A stretch of 64,000 bases of DNA. Origin: Eledone cirrhosa. Lineage: Eukaryota. Location of the stretch: NCBI GenBank assembly GCA_964016885.1, contig OZ024744.1, forward strand, positions 94,178,001-94,242,000. Direction: 5' to 3'. This document shows positions 23,052 to 36,900 of this stretch, piece by piece (within the stretch, counting starts at the first letter, position 1; the number at the start of each line of letters is the position of its first letter). A model generated the notes under the pieces. The model searched no databases, was not told where the DNA came from, and saw only the letters and a list, made by a program, of their open reading frames with translations. The position numbers were made by a program, and so were the translations under genes.

Positions 23052-24599
23052 AAATAAAATAAAAAAAGCTTTCAACCGATCTCCGTAATGTTTATACTAT
23101 TATAACACGTATGTAGAATGATGACTGTCATGAGTTTTCCATTATATTTACAAGAAATTAGAAATGTTTATAAAGACATGATGAAAGAAGAATGATTTGG
23201 GGGACAAATATTTACGGAGAAGTCCTCCGTCTGTTTGTTTGTTTGTTCAATTACTGGTTATTTTTTAGTTTTCTTAACTAATTAATATTGAATATATTAA
23301 ATACATGACAAAAATATTGCCATTTAGTTAATGGCCTGTATAAGAGAAAAAAAAACCATTTCCTCTTATTCTCTCCCTTACACGAAAGAAAAAACGGAAT
23401 TAACCAATCAAAACACTTATAATCATATATATTTTTTTTTAGTTTTTTTTTTCTTTTTCGTTTCAATTACCATATTTTTTTCGAAAAAGAAATTTGATCC
23501 TTATACGTCTAAAGGTTTATATATATATCAGGTTTAATATGAAAGTGATAATTGCGATAAGGAATATTGGTTTGAAATCTTGTTCCTGTATCTAAATTCG
23601 GAAGTCTAAACACCAAAATGCGTAGCAATTTAATGTTATCATGCTTCTATCAACTAATTGATTGTGAAGGCATGTGCTTGGATCGTGCAGACGAAGGCTT
23701 TTGTTTTTGTTTTGTTTTTGTTTTTTGTATTAACTTTGCGATTACCAACTTTTTAAAATAGCTATTTCTTCGAAATTTGTTATTATTTTATTATTATAAT
23801 TATTTTTAATCTTTGGATTTGCTATCATCATTAAGTGTTCAAATTGAAGTTTTGACAATTTCCATTATCAAATGTTACAGTTAAAATTTATTTAATCATT
23901 AATCCTTTACATTAAATAGATAAGCTTAGAAAGAAAGAGAAAAAAAACCTTCAAGAGTTAAACTCACGACAGTTATCACAATCGTATTTATGGCATCTGA
24001 GGTCATGTGATATTTTTGTTTACAACTGCAACAGAAAAACAAAAGTCACGTGTATGGTAAATTAAGATATCAAGTGTCACTTATCTGGTCAGTGATTCTG
24101 TTAATCGTATTATTAACCATTTCGATAACATTTCTAATGAAAGATATTGCCTCTGGTTTTAATGATCTAGAATTTGGAGGAATTTAGTAATATAACTAAC
24201 TTTTTTCATTGTTAAGCTGGTGTTTGGAGCGTAATTTGGCAAAGGTTTTTACATATAATTATGATGCAAGGATTTTTAAAAAAATAAATATAAACATTTT
24301 AACCATTTCGTTACCTTATTTCTAATGAAAGATATTGCCTATGGTTTTCAAATAGTTTTGAAAATGATATAGAATTTGGAAGGATTAAGTAATATAACTA
24401 ACTTTTCCTTATTAAGCTGATGTTTAGAACGTAATTTAAAACACTCGTATGATGTCAGGATTTCAGATAAATATTTACCGTGTTAACACTGATAATTATT
24501 TTATATTGTCGAAGCAGGTATGGTTTGGTATCAGAAATACTCCTTGGACTTCGATTTCAGCGTGAAAACGCTATCGAGGGTTGTACACAAACGGAATTC

Positions 24600-24912
24600 T
24601 GCCCCCAACTTTGTGAACACAAATCACTCTGCTCCTGATATTAACGTGTAAGTAGTGGTTGAGCTTTCCATAGACATGTGTACCCTTTACATAATTTCCA
24701 GGAAGATTCCAGGCAGTGTGACATTGCTGGCCCTTTTGAATTATGGGTGCAATCTATCTAACGGTCTTCCACAGTTTGTGTCTAACCAATTTCATTCACA
24801 AGGCATTGTGGATCAGCCCATGTAAATGACAACAACTGCCCCAAATAACACGCAATGGGATCGAACCCGGGACTTAATGATTGCGAAACGAACTGCTTAA
24901 CCATTCGGCCAC
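24600..24912 (-). mobile_element. Diverged tRNA-headed SINE (third family)
   Basis: Minus strand gtggccgaatggttaag A box and ggttcgatccc B box near 24855-24912; related body at ~29495-29590. Confidence 0.55.
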
Positions 24913-25357
24913 AGTGAGTCTACTGAGTGTACATACCTAAACATGGAATGGATGGTCGAAGCAGCGAGATAAGACAAAAGTTACATTTCACTGACCCTTA
25001 TAATGTGATGTGATGTGCGGCCGATTGACGCACTTGGTGTGAATTGGTGGTCGTTTTTTTGGTGGGGGGGGGGGGGGCTTTTTCTTTCTTTCTCTCGTTC
25101 TGGTCGTATATTTTTGATGCGTTGTATTTGTAGTTCCTAGCAATAGTTAATTATATTTATTATATGTGTTTAAGGGCGGTGTATTGGCAGTATCGGTAGA
25201 GCGTCTGAGTTCAAATCCCGCCGAGTTAGCTTTGCCTTTCATCCTTACGCGGTCGATAAAATAAAGCACCAGTAATGTACTGGGGTAATTGCAGGCCTTG
25301 TGCCTAAAGTAGAAACAATTGTATGTGTTTATATTTTCATTCTGAAAGAATTGTGTA

Positions 25358-26448
25358 CGGGGTGGTCCGAAAGTCTTGTCACCCCCTACCAAACAGTAAT
25401 GAGAAACAGTTTATGTTCCCATCGCAGTATCGTACTCTTCGGGGGAGCTGGTTTGCTGAATCTTGCAGTGAAGACATGTCGCACATACTCCATGCTCTTG
25501 CCAGAATGCACATGATCATGTGTCCATACACTTGCAAGCAGCCTCTCTTCCAAACTGTAGGAGCTCTGAAATAGAAAATTATATTATTATTATATATTAT
25601 ACTAGCAGTGGTATCCGGCGTTGCACGGGATAATGTATTGTGAAATATATAACCGCCATAGCTAAGCTTAGTATTGCCACAACCACGGCTGGCAAAGAAG
25701 TAAGGGTCTGGTGGTACGTAAGTAAGCAACACTGTAGCTTAAAACGTGAGGAAGAAGTTGTGTGCACTTACCAACTGTTTGGGGAATGAGTGTGAGATTT
25801 GTCTTGTGCAAGGGTGGCTCAATAACCGGAGGCAGCAGACAGCCAGACATACAGACAGATATTATAAGGGCGCGTTCTGGACGCAGAGCGAATTGTAGGA
25901 AGTGACGTAATGCAGACAGCCAGACATACAGACAGATATTAAAAGGGCGCGACGTTATATGTATGTATCTATCTAAAAAGAGAAAGACTAAGAATTATAG
26001 AGAGAGATCGCTTAATGCAGTCCCTAGAGCATTGAAAATTTGAAAATTTATTTTGCCTAGAATACTCCCTGAAACATAAGTATTACATGTGTAAAGTTTG
26101 AAAACAGTCGGTTGGGTGCTTCTCGAGTTTTAGGGATTCAAACTCACACACACACACACAGACAGACATCCTCAGTTTTATATATATAGATTATCAAAAC
26201 AAAAAATTGTTTCTGCTTCTGGCACAAGGTCAGCAGTTACCTAGTGCATTACTGGTACTTTATTTTATCGACCCCGTAAGGATGAAAGGCAAGGTTAACC
26301 TTGGCGGGATTTGAACTCAGAATATAAAGGGCCATAATTATGCTGCAAGCATGTTGTTTGACGCTCTACCGATACTGCCAATCCACCTATTGACACAAAA
26401 AATAACGAAAGTTAAAGCAATATGTGACAAGACTTTTGGACCACCCTG
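25358..26448 (-). mobile_element. Internally deleted Tc1/mariner transposon with nested Helitron and SINE
   Basis: TIRs TA|CGGGGTGGTCCGAAAGTCTTGTCAC...GTGACAAGACTTTTGGACCACCCTG|TA; minus-strand HTH remnant EERLLASVW..MEYVRHVFTARFSKPAPPKSTILRWEHKLF at ~25395-25550. Confidence 0.8.
25602..26190 (-). mobile_element. Non-autonomous Helitron
   Basis: A|TCTATATATATAAAAC 5' end, subterminal hairpin tatccggcgttgcacgggata and CTAG|T 3' end on the minus strand. Confidence 0.8.
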
Positions 26449-26471
26449 TAGAATTTGTGATGTTATTTATA

Positions 26472-27266
26472 CGGTGGATTGGCAGTATCGGTAGAGGGTC
26501 GGGCGCCATGCTTTCCAGCATACTTACGTCCCTTTACGATCTGAGTTCAAATCCCGCCGAGGTTAATTTTGCCTTTCATCCTTACTGGGTCGATAAAATA
26601 AAGTACCAGTAATGCACTGGGTGATTGCTGGCCTTGTGCCTAAAGTAGAAACAGTTATTTATACAACTGTGAATAAAAGAAAATGTGAACTTTAAATACA
26701 TTCGGCGGCGCTTTTTCGTTTCTGGGTATGAAACTGCTTGACTTGTAGTATTCGGAAATTTCCAAATCAAAGTGTAAGAGCTTTGTTATATTTGGGGTGG
26801 GTTACATTGTTATTACATTGTCAGAAATATATAGTAAAAAAACACTCAATGTTTGGTTGGGGTTGGTTTTCGTTTCAGTATATTTTATATTTCTATAATT
26901 AATTCAGCTGGCAATGTTTATCATTGATTGATCAACAGTTAAAAAATATAGATATAAATATAGTTTCTCTGAGTAAGAGTTTTTCTTGATAATACAAAGG
27001 AGATGGGGTTATGGCCGAAAAATAAGTGTTGTGAATTTATTTGCAGTTTTCTGTTTTTGTTTTGTGTTGTTTCATTGTTTTGTTGTGTTATCATACAATA
27101 TGACATTTTCATCATTCAGACGGATCAACCAAATATTTTGCCATTGTAATTCAAAATTAAGGTGAGCAAAATATGTCAATTGACTAGCCAGGTGTATAAA
27201 ATGTGAACAGATGAAAAAAAAGGGAGTGAGAGCGGAGGGATGAGAGAGAACAATTAACAACAAATA

Positions 27267-27338
<72 letters not shown>

Positions 27339-28451
27339 ACCCCTTCCCCATTCTCTCAGTTAACTTTGCCTTTCATCCTTACGGGGTCGATGAAATAAAG
27401 TACCAGTAACGCACTGGTGTCGATTTAATCGATTTTCCTCTCCCATCACCAAATTGTGGCACCATTATTTAATAAAAGGGCGGTGGATTGGCAGTATCAG
27501 TAGAGGGTCGGACACCATGCTTTCCAGCATAGTTACGTCCCTTTATGATCTGAGTTCAAATCCCGCCGAGGTTGACTTTGCCTTTCATCCTTATGGGGTC
27601 GACAAAATAAAGTACCAGTAAAGCACTGGGTATTTGCTGGCCTTCTGCCTAAAGTAGAAACAATTATTTAATAAAAAGGTGGCGAATCGACAGAGTCAGA
27701 TAGAATGCTTTGCAGTATTCGTTCCGGCTCTCTGCTCTCTGAGTTCAAATCCAACTGAGGTCAACTTTGCCTTTCATCTATTCGAGGTCGATATAAAAAT
27801 ACCAATCAAGTACTAGGGTCGATTCTTCCTCTATATCTCTTTCTTACTTCCATTCTTTTTTTTTTTTATCCTTCTCTGGAAGAAACCTACTATATTCAAA
27901 CCTGAGGAGGAGATGGGCTCCGCTGGGTTGAAAGGTTCCAAAGAAGCGCCGTATGTCAATGCGGCGCCCCTACAAATTCCCCAGGAGTTACGGGCCATGC
28001 ATACCCAAAGGACGGTGTATTTGGCAGTATCGGTAGAATGTCGGACATGTCTTGCGGCATATAGTTACATTTTATTCACCTGGCTAGTTCAAATCCCTCC
28101 GAGGTTAGCTTTGCCTTTCATCTTTACGGGGTCGATAAAATAAAATACCAGTGACACACTGGAGTCGATTTTATCGATATCTTCCCACCCCCGTCCCCAC
28201 CATAGAAAAAAATGGTTGACCTTGAGTCTAAACCAGAGATCATTATCTACATACAATTAAATAATTGTTTCTACTTTAGGCACAGGGCCAGCAATTACAC
28301 AGTGCATTACTGGTACTTTATTTTATTGACCCCGTAAGGATGAAAGGCAAAGTTAACCTAGGCGGGATTTGAACTCAGATCGTAAAGGGACGTAACTGTG
28401 CTGGAAAGCATGGCGTCCGACCCTCTACCGATACTGCCAATCCACCGCCCT
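26472..28451. mobile_element. Cluster of SINE family A copies (26472-26657 +, 27360-27820 +, 28010-28240 +, 28266-28451 -) and (CT)n at 27272-27337
   Basis: Family consensus; the 28266-28451 copy has a 16-bp TSD catacaattaaataat. Confidence 0.8.
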
Positions 28452-30278
28452 CATACAATTAAATAATACTTTCATTTTTTACTCATGAAAACGCGTTCAC
28501 TTTTGAGAAAGTAAACACTTTTACTTTCATGAAACTAGAGAAACAAAAGCGCAGCCCGTGGATATGACGAAACGGTACTTTTCCATGATGAGATGGGATG
28601 GATGAGGTAGCAATGAAACTGAAACGTGGGAGATTTCCAATGTGGAAAAAGTAAAAGTACCTTTGCAGGTAAAGTGAAATTTGGCAAGAAAAGTGAAAAT
28701 TATAGTGAAACTAAATATTCTTGTCATTGTTGACCAACATATCAGGTGATGCTTGTGATTACACCTCGTTAGTCCAGAGTCTTATTCTCGTTATTACCAA
28801 CAAGTGTTTGACTTGCCTAAAAAATGATTAGAGGGAAGCACCAGCACCCCTTGTAGCGTGTGCTTGTGTGTATGACTCTTCTCTCACACTTTTCTTCTTT
28901 CTTTTTTTTATGAATATAGGCTTCAAAACGGTCGGAAATTGGTAGAAAATAATTACGTAATGGAGTTGTGAAACAAAAACAATACTCTAAACGACACTTT
29001 TAAATATCAAAATATTAAAACTTCATAAATATATTTTCTACTCGTGAGAATTTCAAAATCACACCATTTACACATAATGTGTTGATTACCGGCTTATAAA
29101 CAGAGTTTGGATTTTTGTCTTTTTCTCAAACATAAAATAGACTTATATTCGAGTATATATCTGCATGGTCTTATTCAACAAATAAATGATTTTACAATTA
29201 CAAGAAAGTCAAAACTTGCTGTATAATGATTTACTTGCATTTGCAGTATCGGTAGAGCGCCGGACATGTTTTGCAACATATAGTTACGCCCCTTTACGTT
29301 TTGAATTCAAATCCTGCCGCGGTTAGCTTTGCTTTTCATCTTTACAGGGTCAATAAAATAAAGTACTAGTCACGCACTGGGGTCGATTTAATCGACTTTC
29401 CCTTTCCCCAAAATTGTTGGCTTTGTGCATAAATCAGAAACCATTGATATTATTATTATCGAATACTTTCATTATTGAATATTTATGTTCTTTAGGTACA
29501 AACGGGCAGTCTTCTGCACAGTTTCCATCTACCATATTCCACTCAGAAGATATTGGTCGACCCGACAATATAGTAAAAAACATATAAGCCAAGAAATATC
29601 TGACAAACAAATCGATGGTAAAATGGATCGGCTTATATTCGAGTATATACTGTATATTTCAAAAGTATTGCACAAATGTGGAAAAAAACAACAAGAATAC
29701 AGATGCTATTCAATAAAACAATAAATAAAAAATACATAAAATCAAGAATTTATTAATCCTATAGGTTGAGCTGAACTTGCCAGTATTGTGAGTTTTCTTG
29801 GCTTTAGGTAGTCTCATGCTGCAGATAACTATCATTTGAAGGCTAAGATCTTTGACACTTACATCCTACCAGTTGTGTTGACTGTGTTAACTGAATGACA
29901 CGGTCACTTCAGAAGCTCTCTACATTCCAGAACCACATCATGAGACTTATGACTAACTAATGACTCAGCAACCAGATCTCTATCAATGAGCTACTCAACA
30001 TTACCAAGCTTAAACCAATCACATCAGTTATCAAGTCTAGAGTACCTAAACTATTTGGTCATATCAAAAGATCAACTTGTGGTGTAAGTTATGCCTAGAA
30101 GAAAAGTTAGCTGGTAAGAGAAGCAAGGGTCAACAGCAAAAGTGCTGGCTTGGTAATGTCAACTTATGGACTGGACTTGACCTTTGCACCTTAAACTCTG
30201 CTGTTGGTGATCAAACTTTATGAGGAAGACTATCGCATATAGATGGTGATCAGTTGATAGTACAGCCCCTTTTTTTAA

Positions 30279-30412
30279 CCCTTTAGCTTTAAACCAGCCA
30301 AAATTCTCAAAATAAATACTTTCAAAATCTCATAGATTCGATATTATGTGAGATTAAAGCCTTTACCATGAAAATATGATAGTATATATAAAATAATGTG
30401 AATGCTAAAGGG
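30279..30412. mobile_element. Deleted piggyBac-type MITE
   Basis: TTAA|CCCTTTAGC...GCTAAAGGG|TTAA. Confidence 0.75.
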
Positions 30413-30419
30413 TTAAACC

Positions 30420-30660
30420 CAGTTTCTCCCTTAGTTCATCCTTTCTCTCACATTTACATTGCACATCCAATGAAACATGGTTGCTTCATTTCTCTCCAGT
30501 CTACACATGTCTTCTGCAGTCACTGCCATTGTTTCACTACCATGCAGCATCGCACTTTGCACACAGGCATCATACAGCCATACATTCAATCGTAGGGAGA
30601 AATCTTTTGTTGTCATCAGAGGGTGTAGCTCTCTAAACTTCTTTCATCCTATCCTTCATG
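30420..30660 (-). mobile_element. RTE LINE fragment
   Basis: LYDACVQSAMLHGSET..RLERNEA. Confidence 0.75.
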
Positions 30661-32002
30661 ATATTGGGAAAGGGTTTATATTACTGATGCTCTGACTATC
30701 AATAACCCCTCAAAGGTTTCCTTTCCTGAATGCTTTTCCTCATACCAATCACTTCACAGAATGTACTGGTTACATTTTGATCATGGCACCAGCAAGTTGA
30801 GTGGTTGTCATGTCTTTGACATGACTGAAGGTATAAGGAGGAGAGCATCTAACTATTTATGGAGTTATGAAGGCTTCATCCTGAAACAGCATGATTTGAG
30901 CATTTTAAACCTAGCAAAGCCCCCATCTCTCTCCAAGTCAGTACACAGCCATTTTTTAAAGAGAGAGAGAGAGAGGTGGGAGGGGATAAAGAGAGACAGA
31001 TAAGGGATTGGTACTTTTTTTTATCAACCTTGAAAAGATGAAAGGCAAAGTTGACCAAACAAGATTTGAACTCAGAGCACAGTGACTCTACCAATTTGTC
31101 ACACTAAGCTAAAAGTTAAATTTAAAGTTTGTCCCAAACCCAGAGTCTCATCAATCTGGTGTTTATCCTAATTTTAATTGACATTAAGCAACTGACTGTA
31201 CCGGACTCCCCCTGTACAGGACACCATCTCATTGCAGGGTTAACTTACCAGCTATTGTTAGCACTCATTTTCACCTGAGTGTACTGAATCAATGTTAAAT
31301 TAAGTGTTTTGCTCAAAAACACAATTCACTACCCTGTCCAGTAATCGACCCCATGACAATATGATCATAAGTACAACACCAGGCCACATGTCTCCACACA
31401 AACAATAAGTAAAAGGATAAAGACCCCAATCATTCACAAATGAACATGAGTTTTGCATCTAGAAAGTTTCCCTACCGTGGCACAAGCCCAGGCAAGGTAT
31501 TTTTGTGGAAGACAGCAGTTGGTCATGTATACCAGACTTCCCTCTTCCAGACCACCAATGTTTTCCATGGCAAAGGTCAATACAGCTTGGCATTAATGAT
31601 GTCGCAACTCATTTCTACAGTTGAATGAACTGGAACAATATGAAATAAAGGAATCGAACTCACAATCTCACAATTTTGAACCCAATGCACTAAGCCACAC
31701 GTTAAAAAAAAACAACACAACGTCCATACAGACTAGCATGGTGGTTTGCATTGGCAAAAATTGTAATTGTTTGTAAATTTAAAGTTTAAGTTTATATGCC
31801 ATTAGTAGGAGATGTTTCTGACAAAGTCCTTCTTCAAGGAAAAGAAGAAAAGTTTTTTTCCTTTGTCCTAAATCCCTGATAGTTTTAACATAGCGAAGAA
31901 AGACAAGATCAGACAGAAAGTTAGTTGATATAAATGTAAGGGAGAGAAGTGATTAGGAAAAAATGAGTTTGGGTAGTCAGGAAGAGAATTTAGGTAGATT
32001 GA

Positions 32003-33059
32003 CCCTTTAGAATTTAAACCATCTGTATCCGGCCAGAATTTTCTCATCTCTTTCTTTTCAAATGGGCTGTAACCGGCTGCTCATACTGATGTTAAGGTAT
32101 TGTTCCCAAAATAAATAATATTAAAATCTCATAGATTTGATATTATGTGAGGTAAAGCCTTTACCATGAAAATACAATAGTATATATAGGGTAATGTAAA
32201 TGCTAAAGGGTTAAATATATAATCTAAAGATGAACTAGAGACAGGGATGAAGTCATTGATGAATGGAAATGCAGCTGGACTGGACTGGATGAAATCCCTC
32301 CCAATACGAATTCTTCCAAGCAACAGTGGAGTTGGAGTCAGTCATGTTGTATGGGTGTATCATGTGAACACTCACCAAGCAACTCAAAAAGAAACTTGAT
32401 GGCACATACACAATAACACTCAGAGCTGTTTTAAACATATCATGGAAGCAGCAATCATATAAAAAAAAAAACTTTACTGCCATTTACCTGCAATCTCTCA
32501 TACCAATCACGAGAGAGATGTACTAAATTCAGGGGACACACCTTGAGAGCAAAGGAAGAAATTGTCAGCAATGTGTTGTTAATGACACCAAAGCATGGGT
32601 ATTTCAATGTGGGTAGACCTCATACAGTAATGACAGTAGTGGTGGTGGTGGTGGTTGAGGTGGTAGTGATGGTGGTGGTGGTAATGGCGATTGTGGTGGT
32701 GGTGGTGGTGGAGGTGATGGTAGTAGCGGTGGTAATGATAGTTCAGGTGGCAGCGACTTTGGTGGTGGTGGATGATGAGGAGTGGAAGGATGGAAAAAAA
32801 AGTATTATCAACATTCTCCAACATATTCAGTGTTTTTAACCCTTTAGCATTTAAACCAACCGTATCCAGCCAGAATTCTCTCACCTCTTTCTGTTCAAAC
32901 CAGCTGTAACTGACCACTCATACTGTTGTTTAGGTATTGTTCTCAAAATAAATAATATCAAAATCTCATAGATTAGATATTATGTGAGATATTATGCGAG
33001 ATAAAGTGTTTACCATGAAAACAGAATAGTATATATAGAATAATGTAAAAGCTAAAGGG
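32003..33059. mobile_element. Two piggyBac-type MITEs (32003-32210, 32840-33059) around an RTE fragment and an imperfect (GGT)n tract
   Basis: TIRs CCCTTTAG..CTAAAGGG; QATVESVMLYGC..LDGTYT-like RTE remnant at 32300-32620. Confidence 0.75.
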
Positions 33060-33114
33060 TTAAAGCAGACACACACACACACACACCTGTTTGCTGCTCC
33101 ATTAACCCCCTATT

Positions 33115-33990
33115 AGCCTGCACATCGGCGTTTCCCTGAGGCTCGGCCTCCGGATCTGCCAGCCACACCAATGTCACTGCGGTTCCACCGTGGACTCTTT
33201 CGGCCTCCACCCGCTTTCCTGTCGCCACAGTGCCGGCCGCATTCCACGCCATGCTGCCCTCAACGAGGTTATTATGCATGGCTTGGACGCTGCAGGCTTC
33301 CCTTCCCAGCTTGAGCCGGTGGGGCTGGATCGAGGGGATGACAAAAGGCCAGATAGCATGACCATCTTCCCGTTCCGCAGTGGCAAACCCCTCATCTGGG
33401 ATGCCACTTGCACTGACACTTTCTGCAGCCTCAACCTGGTGCAGTCTGCGACTGACCTAGGTTCTGCTGCATGTCGGGCTGAGGGGGCCAAACTCCTCAA
33501 ATACCGGTCACTCTACGACAAGTTTGCGGTTGTTCCCCTGGCAGTGGAGACTTCTGGTGTCCTCGGCCCCAGGGCTACCTCCTTACTCACCACCATAGGC
33601 GCTGAGCTGGCCAGCTGCAGGTGTGAGCCCCGCGAGTTGGAGTGGCTTTTCCAGCACGTCTCCCTTGTCGTCCTCCGGGGAAACACCTTCTCCATTCTGT
33701 CCACCGGGGCTGTGGGTCGGCCCCATCGCATACCGTTGTAGTTGTAGAAGAAACAGGAAGGCAACAACTGGAAAGTTTGAGTATGTTGGTTCTAAGTATG
33801 ATATATGGATAATAGTTTGTGTATACTGGATTTTTTTATGTTATACCACCTATTGTTTTCTAGCATGTTTGACTACCTGGTCACCACACTTTAGGAAACA
33901 CTGCTCTCTCCAGCCCCCACCCTCACCCCCACCCCACACACGTGCAGGCCCCTAGATTAAAATACATAAATAAATAAATATATATAAATA
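33115..33990 (+). mobile_element. CRE-like non-LTR retrotransposon 3' fragment (zinc knuckle plus restriction-like endonuclease)
   Basis: Open frame ~33118-33741: SLRLGLRICQPHQCHCG..HPLSC..RHAALN..EPVGLDRGDDKRPD..LIWDAT..LAVETSG; GC-rich; (TAAA)-rich tail. Confidence 0.8.
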
Positions 33991-36900
33991 AAACATTTCT
34001 TCCCTTCCTAAATCCCATCCCATCCCACCTGCTCTGCTATTGTATATGCCTTTCAATCACAAATACCTTTATTTGAATAGAATGTATTAACGTTTATTTA
34101 TATTCTATTTGTCATTTTATTTAATCTCCATTATACCATTACTTACTATTGTGATTGTGGTTTAAGCAAAATACATTTTATTACAATGTTTATGATTTAT
34201 GTCCAGGGTTATTTTATTTTTTTATTTTTATAAGCTCTTTTATGTGGGTTAGGTCATTCACCTGACCAACAAAAATAAAATTACTGCCTTCCTTAACCAT
34301 TTCATTACCACATTCTGTTTATGAAATGAAATATACTGTCTATGTGTTTCAATTAATTTTGAAAATTCCAAAAACATTTGGAGGTATTTAATAAAATACC
34401 TACATTTGTCATAAGTAAGCTAATATTTAGAATATTATTTAACAGACATTTCTAAAATAAAATTATGATGCAAGGTTTTAATATAAAGATAAATATTTTA
34501 AAATGGAGGTTCGATTCTGGGTGACTTGGGATCAAAAGGGTATAACTGACCACACCTTCTCATTCCACCCCACATCCATTTTCACTCTTATTCTCTCTAT
34601 ATCTCACCTTCCTCCAAATTCTCTTCCAGTCCCCACATTATTCTCTCCTCTACCCATGGCCAACTCTCTGCCACCACCTGCATTCTTCACTATATCCTAA
34701 TACTCATGGATTAAGGATGAAAAAATTACCTCCCTCTGTCTCTTTTCATGTCTATGTGTATATATGTATATATATATAGGAAGGGAATCCAGCTGTAGAA
34801 AACCCGCCAGACAGTCCTATGCGAGCAAGACAATCACTCTTGCCTCAAGTGGGAAAACCCCCGTCCAAACCCATGCAAGCGTGGAACACGGACGTTAAAC
34901 GATGATGATGATGATGATGATGATAGGTTGTGAGTTCAATTCTTAAACCAGGTGATGTGTTGTTTCCTTGAGCAAGACACTTTATTTCACATTGCTCCAG
35001 TTTACTCAGCTGTAGAAATGAGATGATAGGGACTGGGGTCCCTATCATTCCACTGCAAAGTGGTTGTGTAGGTGCCACGGAAAAAAAGCACCCAGTACTC
35101 ACTGTAAATGAGGTTGGTGTTAGGAAGGGCATCCTGCTGTAGAAATCAAGCCAGAATCAGTTCCCATCCCACCCTTGCAAGCAGGGAAAAGCGGATGTAA
35201 AATGATGATGATGATGATGATATATGTCAGGTCGCTCTTCAATGCTACAGGTAACATGTAACCCAGTACAACTTGTGCATGGTCAGGCCATCAGCGATTA
35301 AACTGGCAAACCCCAAATCACCTTCCCCACCAAGCAAGCTTGGTGTGGAAGGTGATTTTGGACACCCTGCGGGATGAAAACTAAAACTGTCATAGGGTGG
35401 AAGAACTCAGGAAAGTCAACAGTTATCCAATAAAGATTTTTTTTGTGGAGTGAGAGACTCCTAGTCTTCATAAAGACATCTCTCTAGGAGAAGTCACTCT
35501 GATTTAAAACCTGTGACTTCATTTGCATCCAATGATGTAGACCAGTTCTACTTTTTGGATAAATGCATTTGATGTTCAGAAAGTGGGATTGACCCTGTGC
35601 AAAGCATTTCCTCACTTAAAAAAGCTTCAAGCACAAACATTGCTTGATATGTGATATTTTTTGTGATTCATGACATTGCTGGCCATAGGCAAGCCCCTAG
35701 CATACTAAAAAGCCACATTTGTGATGCTCATGCTTAAGTATTAAGTGATAGCATTACTCGAAATCGTACATATATATATATATATATGTATGGTTTGAGA
35801 GGGACGAGGCTGTGTGGTTACTGATAACGAGTGTTAGAAAGTAAAGGGATACAAACATGAGATGGACATTTTCCCTTCATCAGTTGTCTACTACGAGTCA
35901 CAGATGTTTCAGCGCATTATAGACAATACATCTATCCGTAGCACGCTCATAGCCTTTTATCTATGAAAAAGCAATGAGGGAAAGAAGCAATAGCGAAGAG
36001 AGAGAAAGAAAGAAAAAGAAAAAGAAAAAGAAAAAGAAGAAAACATACCAATAGAAGGGGGAAACACAGGACAATGGCACATGTAAGTAAGTAACCGAGA
36101 AGAGAGAGAGGACAAAGTTAAAAAAAGGCAGTTGGGTTTAACAGTGGAAGATGAGAGTGTCTTTCTACTCCTCTCTCTCTCTGCCCCCTTACCACTTTCG
36201 TTTCCTTCGTCTCTCTCTCTCTGCGCCTGTTTCACTGAGAATAGACGTGTTTCTCTCATCTCTCTTTTGTTCTGTCCTATACTGGTGTAGGACAGAACAA
36301 AGGAGAGACACACAAAATAAAAACCTAGTCACTGAGGAGGTCACAGAATGTGTGACGAAAGAACTTTGACAATATATAAACAACCAACCGGTTATCAAAC
36401 CAACCAGCCGAAAACTTATAATAAATTGAAGTGAAAACCAACAAGTGCATGTATTTTTATTGGCAACATGACCCTCCCAAAGTTTAACAATATATATATA
36501 TAGAGAGAGAGAGAGAATGAGAATATGCGAAATAGTTTCAGATGTTAAAGTCCTTTATTGAAAATGCTGTGATACATATTTCAATGATGACAGGGGCCAC
36601 ATGATTCTGTGTAACCAGTACCGTGACATCATAAGGTTACGTTCCCAAGGCAATCCAAACATAAACAACAAGGGAACGGACAAGGCGCATGTTTTGGGAT
36701 CCCTCATATATATACTAGCTGCAGTACCCAGTAATACCCGGAAAAGGTGGAGTTATTCGCAGTTCCCAGAGTTCCCAGATTGCGCTTGAAAATGCTAGCA
36801 ATCATGGGTGCCCATACTGGATTTTCAATAGCAACCTTTGCTAGGTGTGTTTATGGCAGATAAATTTTTTGGTGTGGCACTATCAATAACTGTTTAAGTC

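Noticed and set aside
32543-32917. Poly-Val and poly-His ORFs
   Set aside because: These come from an imperfect (GGT)n microsatellite.
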